Below are positions 38,896-48,995 of a DNA stretch of 64,000 nucleotides, piece after piece. The notes beneath the pieces were generated by a model. The model made no database searches, was not told the DNA's origin, and worked only from the letters and a program-made list of their open reading frames with translations. Each line of letters opens with the position of its first letter. The stretch's first letter is position 1. Source of the DNA: Tabrizicola sp. (GTDB lineage Bacteria; Pseudomonadota; Alphaproteobacteria; Rhodobacterales; Rhodobacteraceae); the NCBI GenBank assembly GCA_046294075.1, contig JBKBJC010000004.1:5872-69871 (forward strand). Direction: 5' to 3'. A program made the translations under genes and the position numbers.

Positions 38896-41493
38896 TCAGC
38901 CCCCCGAGGCCGCCCTCTTCTTCGCCGGGGCCTTTTTCGAAGCCGCGGGCTTCGCCGTCGCCTTCTTCGCCGCAGGCTTCGCCGCCGCCGTCTTCGGCGC
39001 GGCCTTCTTTTTCCCCCCCGACTTGACCGCCTTCTCGGCGATCAGGGCCAGCGCCTCCTCCAGCGTGACCGCTTCCGGCTCCACCCCCTTGGGCAGGGTC
39101 GCATTGACCTTTTCCCACTTCACATAGGGCCCGTATTTGCCCGGCATGACCTGGACCTCGCCCCCGTCGGGGTGTGCGCCCAGCACCCGCAGCGGCCCGG
39201 GCGCCGCCGCCCGGCCCCGGCCCCGGCTCGCCTTCTGCGCCAGCACCTCCACCGCCCGGTTCATCCCGATAGTGAAGACCTCCTCCACCTCGGGCAGGTT
39301 CGCATAGACCGACCCATGCTTCACATAGGGCCCGAAGCGCCCGATCCCCGCCTCCACCAGCACGCCGTCCTCCGGGTGCGGTCCGACCTCGCGGGGCAGC
39401 GAAAGCAGGGCCAGCGCCCGCTCCAGCGTCAGGCCGTCGGGCGACCAGCCCTTCGGCAGGCTCGCCCGGTCAGGCTTGGGGTTGGCCTCGTTCGCCTCGC
39501 CGCGCTGGACATAGGGCCCGAAGCGCCCTGCCCGCAGGCTGATCTCGTTGCCCTGCTCGTCCTGCCCCAGCACCCGCCCATCCGAGGCGACGCTTTCCGC
39601 ATCCCCCGCCAGCGGCCGGGTATACCGGCACTCGGGATAGTTGCCGCAGCCGATGAAGGCCCCGCCCGAGCGCGCGGTTTTCAGATGCAGCCGCCCCTTG
39701 CCGCAGGAAGGGCAGAGGCGCGGATCGCCGCCATCGGCCCGCGCCGGGTAAAGGTGCGGCGCCAGGAACTCGTCCAGCTTCTCCAGCACCTCGCCGATCC
39801 GCAGGTCGGCCGTTTCCGCCACCGCCGCGCTGAAATCGCGCCAGAAGCGGGCCAGCACATCCTTGTAGTCGCGCTCACCGGCGGACACGTCGTCCAGTTC
39901 CGCCTCGAGGTCGGCGGTGAAGTCGTATTCGACATAGCGCCTGAAGAAGTTCGCCAGGAACGCCGTCACCAGCCGCCCCTTGTCCTCGGGGATCAGGCGG
40001 TTCTTGTCCTTCCGCACATATTCCCGGTCCACGATCGTGGTCAGGATCGAGGCATAGGTCGAGGGCCGCCCGATCCCCAGTTCCTCCATCCGCTTGACCA
40101 GCGTTGCCTCGGTATAGCGCGGCGGGGGCTGGGTGAAGTGCTGCTCGGGCGTCACCAAGCCCTTGTCGAGCCCTTCGCCCTGCATCAGCTGCGGCAGGCG
40201 GCCTTCGTCTTCCTCGTCACCCTCCTGCCGGTCGTCGCGGCCCTGGTCGTAGACCTTGAGATAGCCGTCGAACAGCACCACCTGCCCGGTCGCCCGAAAG
40301 GCCACCTGCCCGTCGGGGCTGGCGATGTCGGCCGCCGTCCGCTCCATCCGCGCCGCCGCCATCTGGCTGGCGATCGTGCGCTTCCAGATCAGCTCGTACA
40401 GCCGGCGCTGGTCCTCCTCGACCCGGATCTTCTCGGGTCCGAGGCCCATGTCGGTCGGCCGGATGCACTCATGTGCTTCCTGGGCGTTCTTGGCCTTGTT
40501 CTTGTACATCCTGGGAGAGTCCGGGACGTAGCCGTCCCCGAAACGCCGCCGGATCTCGTCGCGCGCGGCCATCACCGCCTCGGGCGCCATGTCGATCCCG
40601 TCGGTCCGCATGTAGGTGATGTAACCCGCCTCGTACAGACGCTGCGCCGCGTTCATGCATTGCTTGGCGCCCATCCCGTATTTGCGGCTCGCCTCCTGCT
40701 GAAGGGTCGAGGTCATGAAGGGCGGCCAGGGATTGCGCGTCGCGGGTTTCGATTCGACCGCCACCACCTTGAAATCGCGCGACTTTGCCGCCTGCACGGC
40801 CAGCTCTGCCGCTGTGGCGGTGGGGATGTCGAACTTGGCCAGCTTCTTGGCCCCCAGCGTGACCATCCCCGCCTCGAACTCCTGCCCCCTCGGCGTGCGG
40901 AACACGGCCTTCACGGTCCAGTATTCCTGCGCCTTGAAGGCCTCGATCTCCATCTCGCGCTCGACGATCAGCCGCAGGCAGACCGATTGCACGCGGCCCG
41001 CCGACTTGGCCCCCGGCAGCTTGCGCCAGAGGACCGGCGACAGGGTGAAGCCCACGAGGTAATCGAGCGCGCGGCGGGCAAGATAGGCCTCGACCAGCGC
41101 CTGATCGACCTCGCGCGGTTCCTTCATTGCCTTGGTCACAGCGTCCTTCGTGATCGCGTTGAAGGTGACGCGGGCGACCTTTTTGCCTTTCTTCAGGCTC
41201 GATTGCAGGGCTTCCTTCAAATGCCAGCTGATCGCTTCGCCCTCGCGGTCGGGGTCGGTTGCCAGGATCAGCGTGTCGTCGGATTTCAATGCCTCGGCAA
41301 TGGCGCGGACATGTTTCTTCGATTCGGGCGCAACTTCCCAAAGCATGTCGAACCCATGCTCGGGGTCGACCGAGCCGTCCTTGGCGGGCAGGTCGCGGAC
41401 ATGGCCGTAAGAGGCGAGAACCGTGAAATCCGGGCCGAGATACTTGTTGATGGTCTTTGCCTTGGCCGGGGATTCGACGACAACGACTGGCAT
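38896..41493 (-). CDS. topA: DNA topoisomerase I
   Basis: VVVESPAKAK, ATDPDREGE, ITYMRTD active Tyr, C-terminal GRFGPYV repeats and Lys/Ala tail. Confidence 0.97.
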   Translation of the reverse strand: MPVVVVESPAKAKTINKYLGPDFTVLASYGHVRDLPAKDGSVDPEHGFDMLWEVAPESKKHVRAIAEALKSDDTLILATDPDREGEAISWHLKEALQSSLKKGKKVARVTFNAITKDAVTKAMKEPREVDQALVEAYLARRALDYLVGFTLSPVLWRKLPGAKSAGRVQSVCLRLIVEREMEIEAFKAQEYWTVKAVFRTPRGQEFEAGMVTLGAKKLAKFDIPTATAAELAVQAAKSRDFKVVAVESKPATRNPWPPFMTSTLQQEASRKYGMGAKQCMNAAQRLYEAGYITYMRTDGIDMAPEAVMAARDEIRRRFGDGYVPDSPRMYKNKAKNAQEAHECIRPTDMGLGPEKIRVEEDQRRLYELIWKRTIASQMAAARMERTAADIASPDGQVAFRATGQVVLFDGYLKVYDQGRDDRQEGDEEDEGRLPQLMQGEGLDKGLVTPEQHFTQPPPRYTEATLVKRMEELGIGRPSTYASILTTIVDREYVRKDKNRLIPEDKGRLVTAFLANFFRRYVEYDFTADLEAELDDVSAGERDYKDVLARFWRDFSAAVAETADLRIGEVLEKLDEFLAPHLYPARADGGDPRLCPSCGKGRLHLKTARSGGAFIGCGNYPECRYTRPLAGDAESVASDGRVLGQDEQGNEISLRAGRFGPYVQRGEANEANPKPDRASLPKGWSPDGLTLERALALLSLPREVGPHPEDGVLVEAGIGRFGPYVKHGSVYANLPEVEEVFTIGMNRAVEVLAQKASRGRGRAAAPGPLRVLGAHPDGGEVQVMPGKYGPYVKWEKVNATLPKGVEPEAVTLEEALALIAEKAVKSGGKKKAAPKTAAAKPAAKKATAKPAASKKAPAKKRAASGG

Positions 41494-41622
41494 GTTCCTG
41501 ATACTCCCGCAGCCGGCAAATGGCGCGGCACCATGTGGGGGAAGGCGCGCGCTTGTCAACCTGTGGGGGCAGCGGCGGCCGGCAGAGCCCGTCGCATCCG
41601 GCCAGGATACGGATGTTCCGGC

Positions 41623-42768
41623 TCAGTCCACCCGGGCCAGCAGTCCGCCGGGCTGGCGGGCGATGCGCCCCTCAAGTTCCAGGTTCAGAAGCTCGGGGGC
41701 AAGCTGGGCCGAGGTCACCTCGAGGTCGCGCATGAGCTGGTCCTCGGCCAGGGGGCTGGGTCCGAGCCGGGACAGGATCATCGAATGCAGTAGCGCCACG
41801 TCCTTCAAGGGGCGCTTTTGCACGGCGGGTTCCGGCGGCGGGGCGGCAGTCACGAGGGGCCTTGGCAGGCCCTGGTCGGGCGCACCCAGCGCCTCCAGCA
41901 CGTCATCCGGCCCGCGCACCAGCACGGCACCGTCGCGGATCAGCATGTTGCAGCCCGAGGCGCGCGCGTCGAAGGGATGGCCGGGCACCGACATGACATC
42001 GCGCCCATAATCGAGAGCGGCGCGCGCGGTAATCAGGCTGCCGGATTTCGTCGCCGCCTCGACCACGATGACGGCGCGCGACAATCCCGCCACGATCCGG
42101 TTGCGCAGGGGAAAATGCCGGGCCTGCGGTTCGAGGCCGGGGGAATGTTCGCTGATCCGGCACCCCTTTTCGTCGATCAGGCGGGCCAGGGCCTCGTTCT
42201 CGGCCGGGTAGATCACGTCGATCCCGCCGGCCATCACCGCAAGCGTCCGGCCTGCGCCGTCAATGGCAGCCTCGTGCGCAGCCGTGTCGATGCCGCGCGC
42301 AAGGCCCGACACGACGGTGAAGCCGGCTTCGGACAGCGCCTGAGCCAGCCTTCGGGCCATGCGCATTCCCAGCGACGAAGCGTTCCGCGCCCCGACCATG
42401 CCGATGGCGGGACGGTTCAGCAGCGACAGATCGCCCTTGGCCCAAAGCAAAGGCGGCGCATCCGGGAGGTCGGCCAGGGCACGCGGATAGTCATCCTCGC
42501 CATGAACCAGTAGCCGGCCACCGGCAGCGGTCCCCGCGCGTTCTTCGGAAAGGATGACGCCCATGGGACAGGGCTCATAGCCTTCGACCCCGGCGGCCGC
42601 AGCGATCTCCGGCAAGGCGGCCAAGGCGGCCCGGGCCGAGCCGTGTTCGGCCAACAGTCGGTGATAGGTGATCGCGCCCACCCGCCGCGACCGGGCGAGG
42701 CGCAGCCGGTCGCGCCGGTCGTCCGCGGACAACGTCGAAGCCGGTGTCGAAAGTTGACCATCTGCCAT
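41623..42768 (-). CDS. dprA: DNA-processing protein DprA
   Basis: VGARNAS, VSGLARGID, FPLRNRIVAGLS and SGSLITA motifs; C-terminal winged helix. Confidence 0.95.
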   Translation of the reverse strand: MADGQLSTPASTLSADDRRDRLRLARSRRVGAITYHRLLAEHGSARAALAALPEIAAAAGVEGYEPCPMGVILSEERAGTAAGGRLLVHGEDDYPRALADLPDAPPLLWAKGDLSLLNRPAIGMVGARNASSLGMRMARRLAQALSEAGFTVVSGLARGIDTAAHEAAIDGAGRTLAVMAGGIDVIYPAENEALARLIDEKGCRISEHSPGLEPQARHFPLRNRIVAGLSRAVIVVEAATKSGSLITARAALDYGRDVMSVPGHPFDARASGCNMLIRDGAVLVRGPDDVLEALGAPDQGLPRPLVTAAPPPEPAVQKRPLKDVALLHSMILSRLGPSPLAEDQLMRDLEVTSAQLAPELLNLELEGRIARQPGGLLARVD

Positions 42769-42814
42769 CGGGGGCCCTCATCCACCACGCCTTGCGCAGA
42801 CTGCACCCGCGAGG

Positions 42815-42830
42815 GTTAACGAATCCTGAA
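42815..42830 (-). promoter_or_regulatory. Candidate CtrA site upstream of dprA
   Basis: Minus strand TTCA-GGATTCG-TTAAC, one mismatch to TTAA-N7-TTAAC. Confidence 0.55.
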
Positions 42831-42953
42831 TCCTTGCCGGCCCTGCGCGCGATGCCGATTGAAGTCGCCCGAAATATTTGATCAAATGGTGCGAGGATCC
42901 CGCGGGCCGAGTCTGTCCTCCGGGGCTGTCATGCTGTCTGGGGAGCGAAGACC

Positions 42954-44231
42954 ATGCTGAACGCCGAAGTTGCCAAGCGCCGCGACGAAGCCATCTCGCG
43001 CGGGGTGGGGATGATGACGCAGATCTATGCGGATCGCGCGCTGAACTCGGAAGTCTGGGACATCGAGGGCAACCGCTACATCGACTTCGCCGCCGGGATC
43101 GCGGTGGTGAACACCGGGCATTGCCACCCCAAGGTCATGGCCGCCGTGGCGAACCAGATGTCGAAGTTCACCCACACCTGCCATCAGGTCATGCCCTATG
43201 AAAACTACATCCGTCTGGCAGAGCGGCTGAACGAGAAGGTGCCGGGCGACTTCAGGAAGAAGACGATCTTCGTCACCACCGGCGCCGAGGCCTGCGAGAA
43301 CGCGATCAAGATCGCCCGCATCGCCACGGGCCGCAACGCCGTCATCGCCTTCGGCGGCGGCTTTCACGGCCGGACCTTCATGGGCATGTCGCTGACCGGC
43401 AAGGTCGAGCCCTACAAGAAGGGCTTCGGCGCGATGATGCCCGATGTGTTCCACGTCCCCTTCCCGATGGAGCCGCACGGCATTTCGACCAGGGACGCGA
43501 TGGCCGGGATCGAAAAGCTGTTCAAGGCCGACCTCGACCCCGCCCGCGTCGCCGCGATCATCTTCGAGCCGGTGCAGGGCGAAGGCGGGTTCTACCCTGC
43601 GCCCACCGAGCTCGTGAAGGCGATCCGCGCGCTTTGTGACCAGCACGGCATCGTCATGATAGCCGACGAGGTGCAGACCGGCTTCGCCCGCACCGGGAAC
43701 CTCTTCGCGATGGAGATGCACGGGGTCGCCGCCGACCTGACCACAATGGCCAAGGGCCTTGCGGGCGGTCTGCCGCTGGCGGCGGTCACCGGCCGCGCCG
43801 AGCTGATGGATGCCGCCAACCCCGGCGGCCTCGGCGGCACCTATGCCGGCAACCCGCTGGGCATCGCCGCCGCCAACGCCGTTCTGGACGTGATCGAGGA
43901 GGAGGATCTTTGCGCCCGCGCCAACGAGCTTGGCAGCCGCCTGAAACAGCGGCTCGAGGCGATGCGTGCCACGACGCCGGAAATCATCGACATCCGCGGC
44001 CCCGGCTTCATGGTCGCGGTCGAATTCGGCAAGCCGGGGACGAAGGAACCCGACGCCGGCTTTACCGGTCGGGTGCGGATGGAGGCGCAGAAGCGCGGCC
44101 TGATCCTGCTCACCTGCGGCGTCTATGGCAACGTGATCCGCTTCCTGGCACCGATCACCATCCCCGACGCCCATTTCGCAGAGGCGATGGAGATTCTCGA
44201 GGCCGCGGTTGCCGCTGCCCGGGCGGCCTGA
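42954..44231 (+). CDS. gabT: 4-aminobutyrate--2-oxoglutarate transaminase
   Basis: IDFAAGIAVVNTGH, EPVQGEGG, ADEVQTGFARTG and TMAKGL PLP lysine. Confidence 0.93.
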   Translation: MLNAEVAKRRDEAISRGVGMMTQIYADRALNSEVWDIEGNRYIDFAAGIAVVNTGHCHPKVMAAVANQMSKFTHTCHQVMPYENYIRLAERLNEKVPGDFRKKTIFVTTGAEACENAIKIARIATGRNAVIAFGGGFHGRTFMGMSLTGKVEPYKKGFGAMMPDVFHVPFPMEPHGISTRDAMAGIEKLFKADLDPARVAAIIFEPVQGEGGFYPAPTELVKAIRALCDQHGIVMIADEVQTGFARTGNLFAMEMHGVAADLTTMAKGLAGGLPLAAVTGRAELMDAANPGGLGGTYAGNPLGIAAANAVLDVIEEEDLCARANELGSRLKQRLEAMRATTPEIIDIRGPGFMVAVEFGKPGTKEPDAGFTGRVRMEAQKRGLILLTCGVYGNVIRFLAPITIPDAHFAEAMEILEAAVAAARAA

Positions 44232-44370
44232 TCCGTCCGCCGGCCGGCCCGCGCCAGGGCCGGTCGATGCTTCGGTCGGAAGGAATCCGCCCAGATCGCG
44301 AGATTGTGGAACATTTTGCGGAACCTGAAGTTACACTGTGGTTGTAGACTCATCCTTCCGGAGCACCAGA

Positions 44371-44634
44371 ATGAAACGTTCCTACCTGATCCTTCCCCTC
44401 GTCGTGGCCGGGCTGGCCGCCTGCACTCCGTCCGAGCAGAACGCGGCCATCGGCGCCCTTGGCGGGGCGGCGGTCGGTGCTGCGGTCTCGTCGGACAAGG
44501 ACCGCACCAAGGGCGCCGTGGTCGGTGCGATCGTCGGCGTGACCGCCTCGCAACTGCTTGGCCCGGCACCTCAGCGCGGCAAGTGCTATTACCGCGACCA
44601 GTACGGCAACCGCTTCATCGCCGACTGCCAGTAA
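44371..44634 (+). CDS. Glycine-zipper lipoprotein
   Basis: LAAC lipobox, GALGGAAVGA zipper, C-terminal CYYRDQYG...C. Confidence 0.82.
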   Translation: MKRSYLILPLVVAGLAACTPSEQNAAIGALGGAAVGAAVSSDKDRTKGAVVGAIVGVTASQLLGPAPQRGKCYYRDQYGNRFIADCQ

Positions 44635-44671
44635 GACCTGCATCCGGCCGATCGGCCGGTCCTGTCCGGAG

Positions 44672-44699
44672 CCCCGGGTCGGCCACGACCCGGGGTTTT
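44672..44699 (+). terminator. Intrinsic terminator
   Basis: CCCCGGGTCG-GCCA-CGACCCGGGG-TTTT. Confidence 0.75.
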
Positions 44700-44772
44700 C
44701 CTTTGCGCCCCGCCCCTTCCACCGGCGAACGCAAGCGGCTAGAAGCACCGCCAGTTCATCGCAGGGCCACCC

Positions 44773-45504
44773 ATGCCTGACCCTTCCAGTGGCATCGAGA
44801 TTGCCTCGGCCAGCGTCCGGCTGGGCGGTCGTCTCGTGCTGGACGGGCTGGATCTGCACCTGAGCGAACCCCGGATCGGGATCCTCGGCCGCAACGGCTC
44901 GGGCAAGACCACCCTCCTGCGGCTGATCGCCGGGCTGATCGCGCCTGACGGCGGCAGCGTGCGGGTGGACGGGTTCGATCCCTTTTCCGACCGCCGCGCC
45001 GCGGTTGCGGCCCTTGGCATCCTGTTCCAGAACCCCGACCACCAGATCCTCTTTCCCACGGTCGAGGAAGAGCTTGCCTTCGGTCTGACCCAGCAGGGCC
45101 TGCCCCGGGGCGAGGCGCTGGCGCGCGCCCATGCCGCGCTGCGCACCGAGGGGCGGGCACACTGGGCCAGGGCTCCGGTGACCAGCCTCAGCCAGGGCCA
45201 GCGGCATTACCTCTGCCTGATGTCGGTCCTGCTGATGCAGCCCCGCACGATCCTGCTGGACGAACCCCTTGCCGGCCTCGACCTGCCGACCCAGGCGCGG
45301 CTTGCCCGCCGCTTTGCCGCCCTTCCGCAGCGGCTGGTGACGATCAGCCACGACCCGGCGACGCTGGACACCTGCGACCGGGTGCTCTGGCTCGAAGCCG
45401 GGCGCGTCGCGCTCGACGGCCCGCCCGACCGGGTGCTGCCCGCCTTCACCGCCGAAATGGCCCGGATCGGAGTGGAAGATGCTGACGCTGACCTCGCCGG
45501 TTGA
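44773..45504 (+). CDS. bioM: Biotin ECF transporter ATPase
   Basis: GRNGSGKT, LFQNPDHQI and LSQGQ motifs; bioN/bioY downstream. Confidence 0.87.
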   Translation: MPDPSSGIEIASASVRLGGRLVLDGLDLHLSEPRIGILGRNGSGKTTLLRLIAGLIAPDGGSVRVDGFDPFSDRRAAVAALGILFQNPDHQILFPTVEEELAFGLTQQGLPRGEALARAHAALRTEGRAHWARAPVTSLSQGQRHYLCLMSVLLMQPRTILLDEPLAGLDLPTQARLARRFAALPQRLVTISHDPATLDTCDRVLWLEAGRVALDGPPDRVLPAFTAEMARIGVEDADADLAG

Positions 45505-46075
45505 GACCTGGGCGCATCGCCTTTCTGCCGGGGGGAAGCTCCTGGCGCTGGCGGCGGCGACGACAGGGCTGTTCCTGCTGTCCTCGCCCTGGTCGCTGGC
45601 CGGGGCCGCGCTGGCCGCGGCCGCGCTCTATCTGACCGGCGGCGGGCGCTTTGCCCGGACGGCCGCGCGGCTGCTCTGGCCGCTCTGGCCCTTCGTGGTC
45701 GTGGTCGGTCTCTGGCACCTGTGGACTGCCGATCCGTCCGGCGGCGCAGCCATCCTGTTGCGGATGATGACAGCAGTCGCGCTGGCGAACTTCGTGACCA
45801 TGACCACGCGACTGTCCGACATGCTGGCGGTGTTCGAGCGGCTCGCCCGCCCCCTGTCCCCCGTCCTGCCGCCCCGCCGCCTTGCGCTGGCCTTCGCGCT
45901 GGTCATCCGCTTCATCCCGGTCATGCTGGACCGCATGGCCCAGATCGAGGCCAGCTGGCGCGCACGCGCGGCACGCCCCCCGCGCTGGCGCGTGCTGGTC
46001 CCGGCCGTTCTGGCCGCATTGGACGATGCGGACCGCGTGGCCGAGGCCTTGCGCGCGCGCGGCGGGGCAGGCTAA
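45479..46075 (+). CDS. bioN: Biotin ECF transporter T component
   Basis: LVIRFIPV, WRAR and AEALRARG motifs. Confidence 0.87.
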   Translation: MLTLTSPVETWAHRLSAGGKLLALAAATTGLFLLSSPWSLAGAALAAAALYLTGGGRFARTAARLLWPLWPFVVVVGLWHLWTADPSGGAAILLRMMTAVALANFVTMTTRLSDMLAVFERLARPLSPVLPPRRLALAFALVIRFIPVMLDRMAQIEASWRARAARPPRWRVLVPAVLAALDDADRVAEALRARGGAG

Positions 46076-46106
46076 GCCTCGCGCACCGGAAACAACGGGG
46101 AACCAA

Positions 46107-46649
46107 ATGGAACGCAACCTTACCCACATCGCCCTCTTCGCCGCCCTGATCGCCGTGCTGGGCCTGATCCCGAAGATCGACCTTGCCTCCGGCGTGCCGA
46201 TCACCGCGCAATCCCTGGGGATCATGCTCTGCGGCACGGTGCTGGGCGCACGGCGCGGGGCACTGGCGGTGCTTCTCTTCCTCGCCCTGGTCGCCGCGGG
46301 CCTGCCGCTGCTCTCTGGCGGGCGCGGCGGGATCGGCGTCTTTGCCGGGCCTTCGGTCGGCTTCCTCGTGGGCTTCCCGGTCGCGGCCTTCGTCGCGGGC
46401 TGGGTGATGGAACGCACCACGCTGTCGCCCGTGGTGGCGGCAACCGCGGCCTCGGTGATCGGCGGGATAGGGGTGCTTTACGTCTTCGGCATCATCGGGA
46501 TGTCGCAGATGCTGGACAAGACGCTGGGCGAGGCCGCGTTCCTGTCTGCCGCCTTCCTGCCGGGCGATGCCATCAAGGCGGTGATCGCGGGCCTTGTCAC
46601 GCAAAGCCTGTCGCGGATGCGTCCCGCCTCGCTCCTCTCCCGCGCCTGA
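46107..46649 (+). CDS. bioY: Biotin ECF S component
   Basis: VPITAQSLG, GLPLLSGGRGG and FLPGDAIK motifs. Confidence 0.92.
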   Translation: MERNLTHIALFAALIAVLGLIPKIDLASGVPITAQSLGIMLCGTVLGARRGALAVLLFLALVAAGLPLLSGGRGGIGVFAGPSVGFLVGFPVAAFVAGWVMERTTLSPVVAATAASVIGGIGVLYVFGIIGMSQMLDKTLGEAAFLSAAFLPGDAIKAVIAGLVTQSLSRMRPASLLSRA

Positions 46650-46653
46650 CGCC

Positions 46654-47724
46654 TCAGGCCGGGGCCTCGACCAGAAGCGCCGTGCCGATCCCTCCGGCGG
46701 CGGCGATGGCGGCAAGGCCCCGGCCCCTCCGCAGCCCGTGGAACAGCCGCACGGCAAGGATCGCCCCTGACGCCCCCACGGGATGCCCGCGCGCCAGCCC
46801 CCCACCGCCGGGATTGACGATCGCCGGGTCCAGCCCCGCCGCGTCGATGACCGCCAGCGCCTGCACGGCATAGGCCTCCATGATCTCGGCCTGCGCGAGC
46901 GCCTGCCCACCCCAGATGCGCCGGATCGCGGCGACCGGGGCGAGGCCCGGCTCCTGTGGACTGCCACCGACCGTTGCGCCCGACAGGAGGGCGACCCCCC
47001 GCCCTGCCGCGATCCGATCCGAAACGACCAGACAGACCGCCGCCGCATCCGCCGCCACCGCCGCCGTGGCGGCGGTGATGCTGCCGGTCAGGACCGGGGC
47101 GCGGGCCATGAGTTTCGGCGACAAAGGACGCGGAAACGCATCGCGCGTCACGCCGTTCAGGGCCACGATCTCCGAGGAAAGATCGGCCGCAAGCGCCTTC
47201 GCATGACTTTCGGTCGCCCAGCCCTCTTGCCGCGAGCGACCGATCCCCAGGCGCCGGGCCAGCGCCTCGGCGGCCTCGGCCATCCCGGGATCGCGGTCGG
47301 GCCAGGGGGTGAAGGCGGCCTGGTCATAGGGCACCGGCGCGCCGCCGTCGGGGTCGGTCGCCAGCCGCAGCGGGCGGCGCGAATAGCTTTCGACGCCGCC
47401 GGCCAGCACAACCTCGGCCGCGCCCGCATCGACCAGCGCACGGGCCAGGAGGACCGCATCCAGCCCACCCGCGCATTGCCGGTCGATGGTCAACCCCGCG
47501 ACCCGCTCGGGCAGCCCCGCCGCCAGCGCCGCCCGCCGCGCCGGGTTGCCCCCCGCGCCCAGCGCGTTCGACAGGATCACCTCGTCCACCTGCCCCGGCC
47601 CGATCCCGGCATCGGCCAGGCTGGCCGTCAGGACCGGCGCGGCCAGATCCTCGATCCTCAGCCGCGCGAAGGCCCCGCCGCGGGGAACGACAGCGGTGCG
47701 CCGTGCGGCGATCAGGCGGGCCAC
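46654..47724 (-). CDS. Atypical thiolase family protein
   Basis: TIDRQCAGG and GHPVGASG present; NEAF replaced by MEAY and C-terminal CxGGG replaced by AAAGGIG. Confidence 0.85.
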   Translation of the reverse strand: MARLIAARRTAVVPRGGAFARLRIEDLAAPVLTASLADAGIGPGQVDEVILSNALGAGGNPARRAALAAGLPERVAGLTIDRQCAGGLDAVLLARALVDAGAAEVVLAGGVESYSRRPLRLATDPDGGAPVPYDQAAFTPWPDRDPGMAEAAEALARRLGIGRSRQEGWATESHAKALAADLSSEIVALNGVTRDAFPRPLSPKLMARAPVLTGSITAATAAVAADAAAVCLVVSDRIAAGRGVALLSGATVGGSPQEPGLAPVAAIRRIWGGQALAQAEIMEAYAVQALAVIDAAGLDPAIVNPGGGGLARGHPVGASGAILAVRLFHGLRRGRGLAAIAAAGGIGTALLVEAPA

Positions 47725-48995
47725 AGCTCGGCCTCCAGCGCGCGAAGGTCGGTCTTGCCCGAGGGAAGCACCAGCCAGTCCTGCCGCCAGACCACAGCCT
47801 TTGGCGCCCTCGTCGGGCCAAGCTCGGCCCGCAGCGCGGCGAGGATCGCCGCCTCCTGCGTCCGGTCGCCCTGCAGGACCGCGACCAGCCGCTTACCGCG
47901 CGCCGCATCCGGCTGCGCCAGCACGGCGGCGCGCTCGATGCCCGGCAGGCCCAGAAGGAAACCCTCGATCTCTTCGGGAAAGACGTTCTGGTCGGCCACC
48001 GTAACCATCCGCCCCGCCCGCCCGCGCAGGGTGAGGAACCCGCCCTCCAGCCGGCCCACCTCGCCCACCGAGAGCCAGCCCCCGCGCCAGCGCGCGGCGG
48101 ATGCCCCCCCACCCCCTCCCTCCCCCACCAGGGGGGAGGGTGCCGCACCAGGACCAGCCTCTGCCCTGCAATCGCCGGCATAGCCGAGAAACAGATAGGG
48201 GCTCTGCACCCAGATCGTTCCGTCCTCGTCAAACCGCAGCTCCACCCCCGGATAGGCCCGACCGACCGACGCCTCGGGCGTTCCGGCATCGGCCAGGGTG
48301 ACGAAACTCGTCTCGGCCGCGCCATAGAACTCGCGGACCTCCGCCGCCGGGGCCAGCGCCGCCAGCCCCGCGCGCAAGGTGCCGTCGAGCTTCGATCCGC
48401 CGACCAGGATCAGCCGCAGGTCCGGCAAGGCCCCCGCCACGTCTGCCTGCCCCAGGATCAGCCGCAACTGCGCGGGCGTGGCGTAAAGATGGGTGATCCG
48501 CCGGTCGGCCAGTGCCCTTCGCTGCCTGTCGGGGCGCAGATCGGCCAGAAGATGCACCTCGGCCCCCAGATGCAGACCCTCGACGGCGCCATAAAGCGAC
48601 AGCGAATGCACCAGCTGCCCCAGGATCGCCACCCGCGCACCCGGACCGATGCCAAACCCGGCATTGACCTCAAAGCTTGCCGTCCACGAGCCTTGCGTCC
48701 GCCGGATCCGGCGCGGCTGGCCGGTCGAGCCCGAGGTCAGCGTCTCCAGCACCGGCGCCTGATGCGGATCGGGCGGATGCAGATTGCCGGCACCGATGCG
48801 GAAGGCGGGATGCCCGATGGCGGCGGCGAGGCCCGCGGCACTGTCGGGAAAGACTGCGCCCGCCTGCGGATCCTGGCGCCTCCCCTCCCCCTGGTGGGGA
48901 GGGGATGGGGGTGGGGGGCTTCCCGCTTGCCGGACCTCCCCACCCGTTCTGTCGAACAGTCGCGCGGCGGGATGCCAGCGGAACCCGTCGCTCAT
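47712..48995 (-). CDS. AMP-binding (acyl-CoA ligase-like) protein carrying two in-frame palindromic inserts
   Basis: TSGSTG, FYGAAE, VFPEEIE and LPSGK motifs. Confidence 0.82.
   Translation of the reverse strand: MSDGFRWHPAARLFDRTGGEVRQAGSPPPPSPPHQGEGRRQDPQAGAVFPDSAAGLAAAIGHPAFRIGAGNLHPPDPHQAPVLETLTSGSTGQPRRIRRTQGSWTASFEVNAGFGIGPGARVAILGQLVHSLSLYGAVEGLHLGAEVHLLADLRPDRQRRALADRRITHLYATPAQLRLILGQADVAGALPDLRLILVGGSKLDGTLRAGLAALAPAAEVREFYGAAETSFVTLADAGTPEASVGRAYPGVELRFDEDGTIWVQSPYLFLGYAGDCRAEAGPGAAPSPLVGEGGGGGASAARWRGGWLSVGEVGRLEGGFLTLRGRAGRMVTVADQNVFPEEIEGFLLGLPGIERAAVLAQPDAARGKRLVAVLQGDRTQEAAILAALRAELGPTRAPKAVVWRQDWLVLPSGKTDLRALEAELWPA
48103..48143 (-). repeat. REP-like element inside a CDS (encodes [13 protein letters not shown])
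   Basis: Reverse complement CCCTCCCCCCTGGTGGGGGAGGGAGGGGGTGGGGGGGC is similar to the 38767 copy. Confidence 0.8.
48879..48919 (+). repeat. REP-like element inside a CDS (antisense; encodes [13 protein letters not shown])
   Basis: CCTCCCCTCCCCCTGGTGGGGAGGGGATGGGGGTGGGGGGC. Confidence 0.85.

Noticed and set aside
38896-39020. Repetitive sequence at the 3' end of topA
   Set aside because: It encodes the ordinary Lys/Ala-rich TopA tail.
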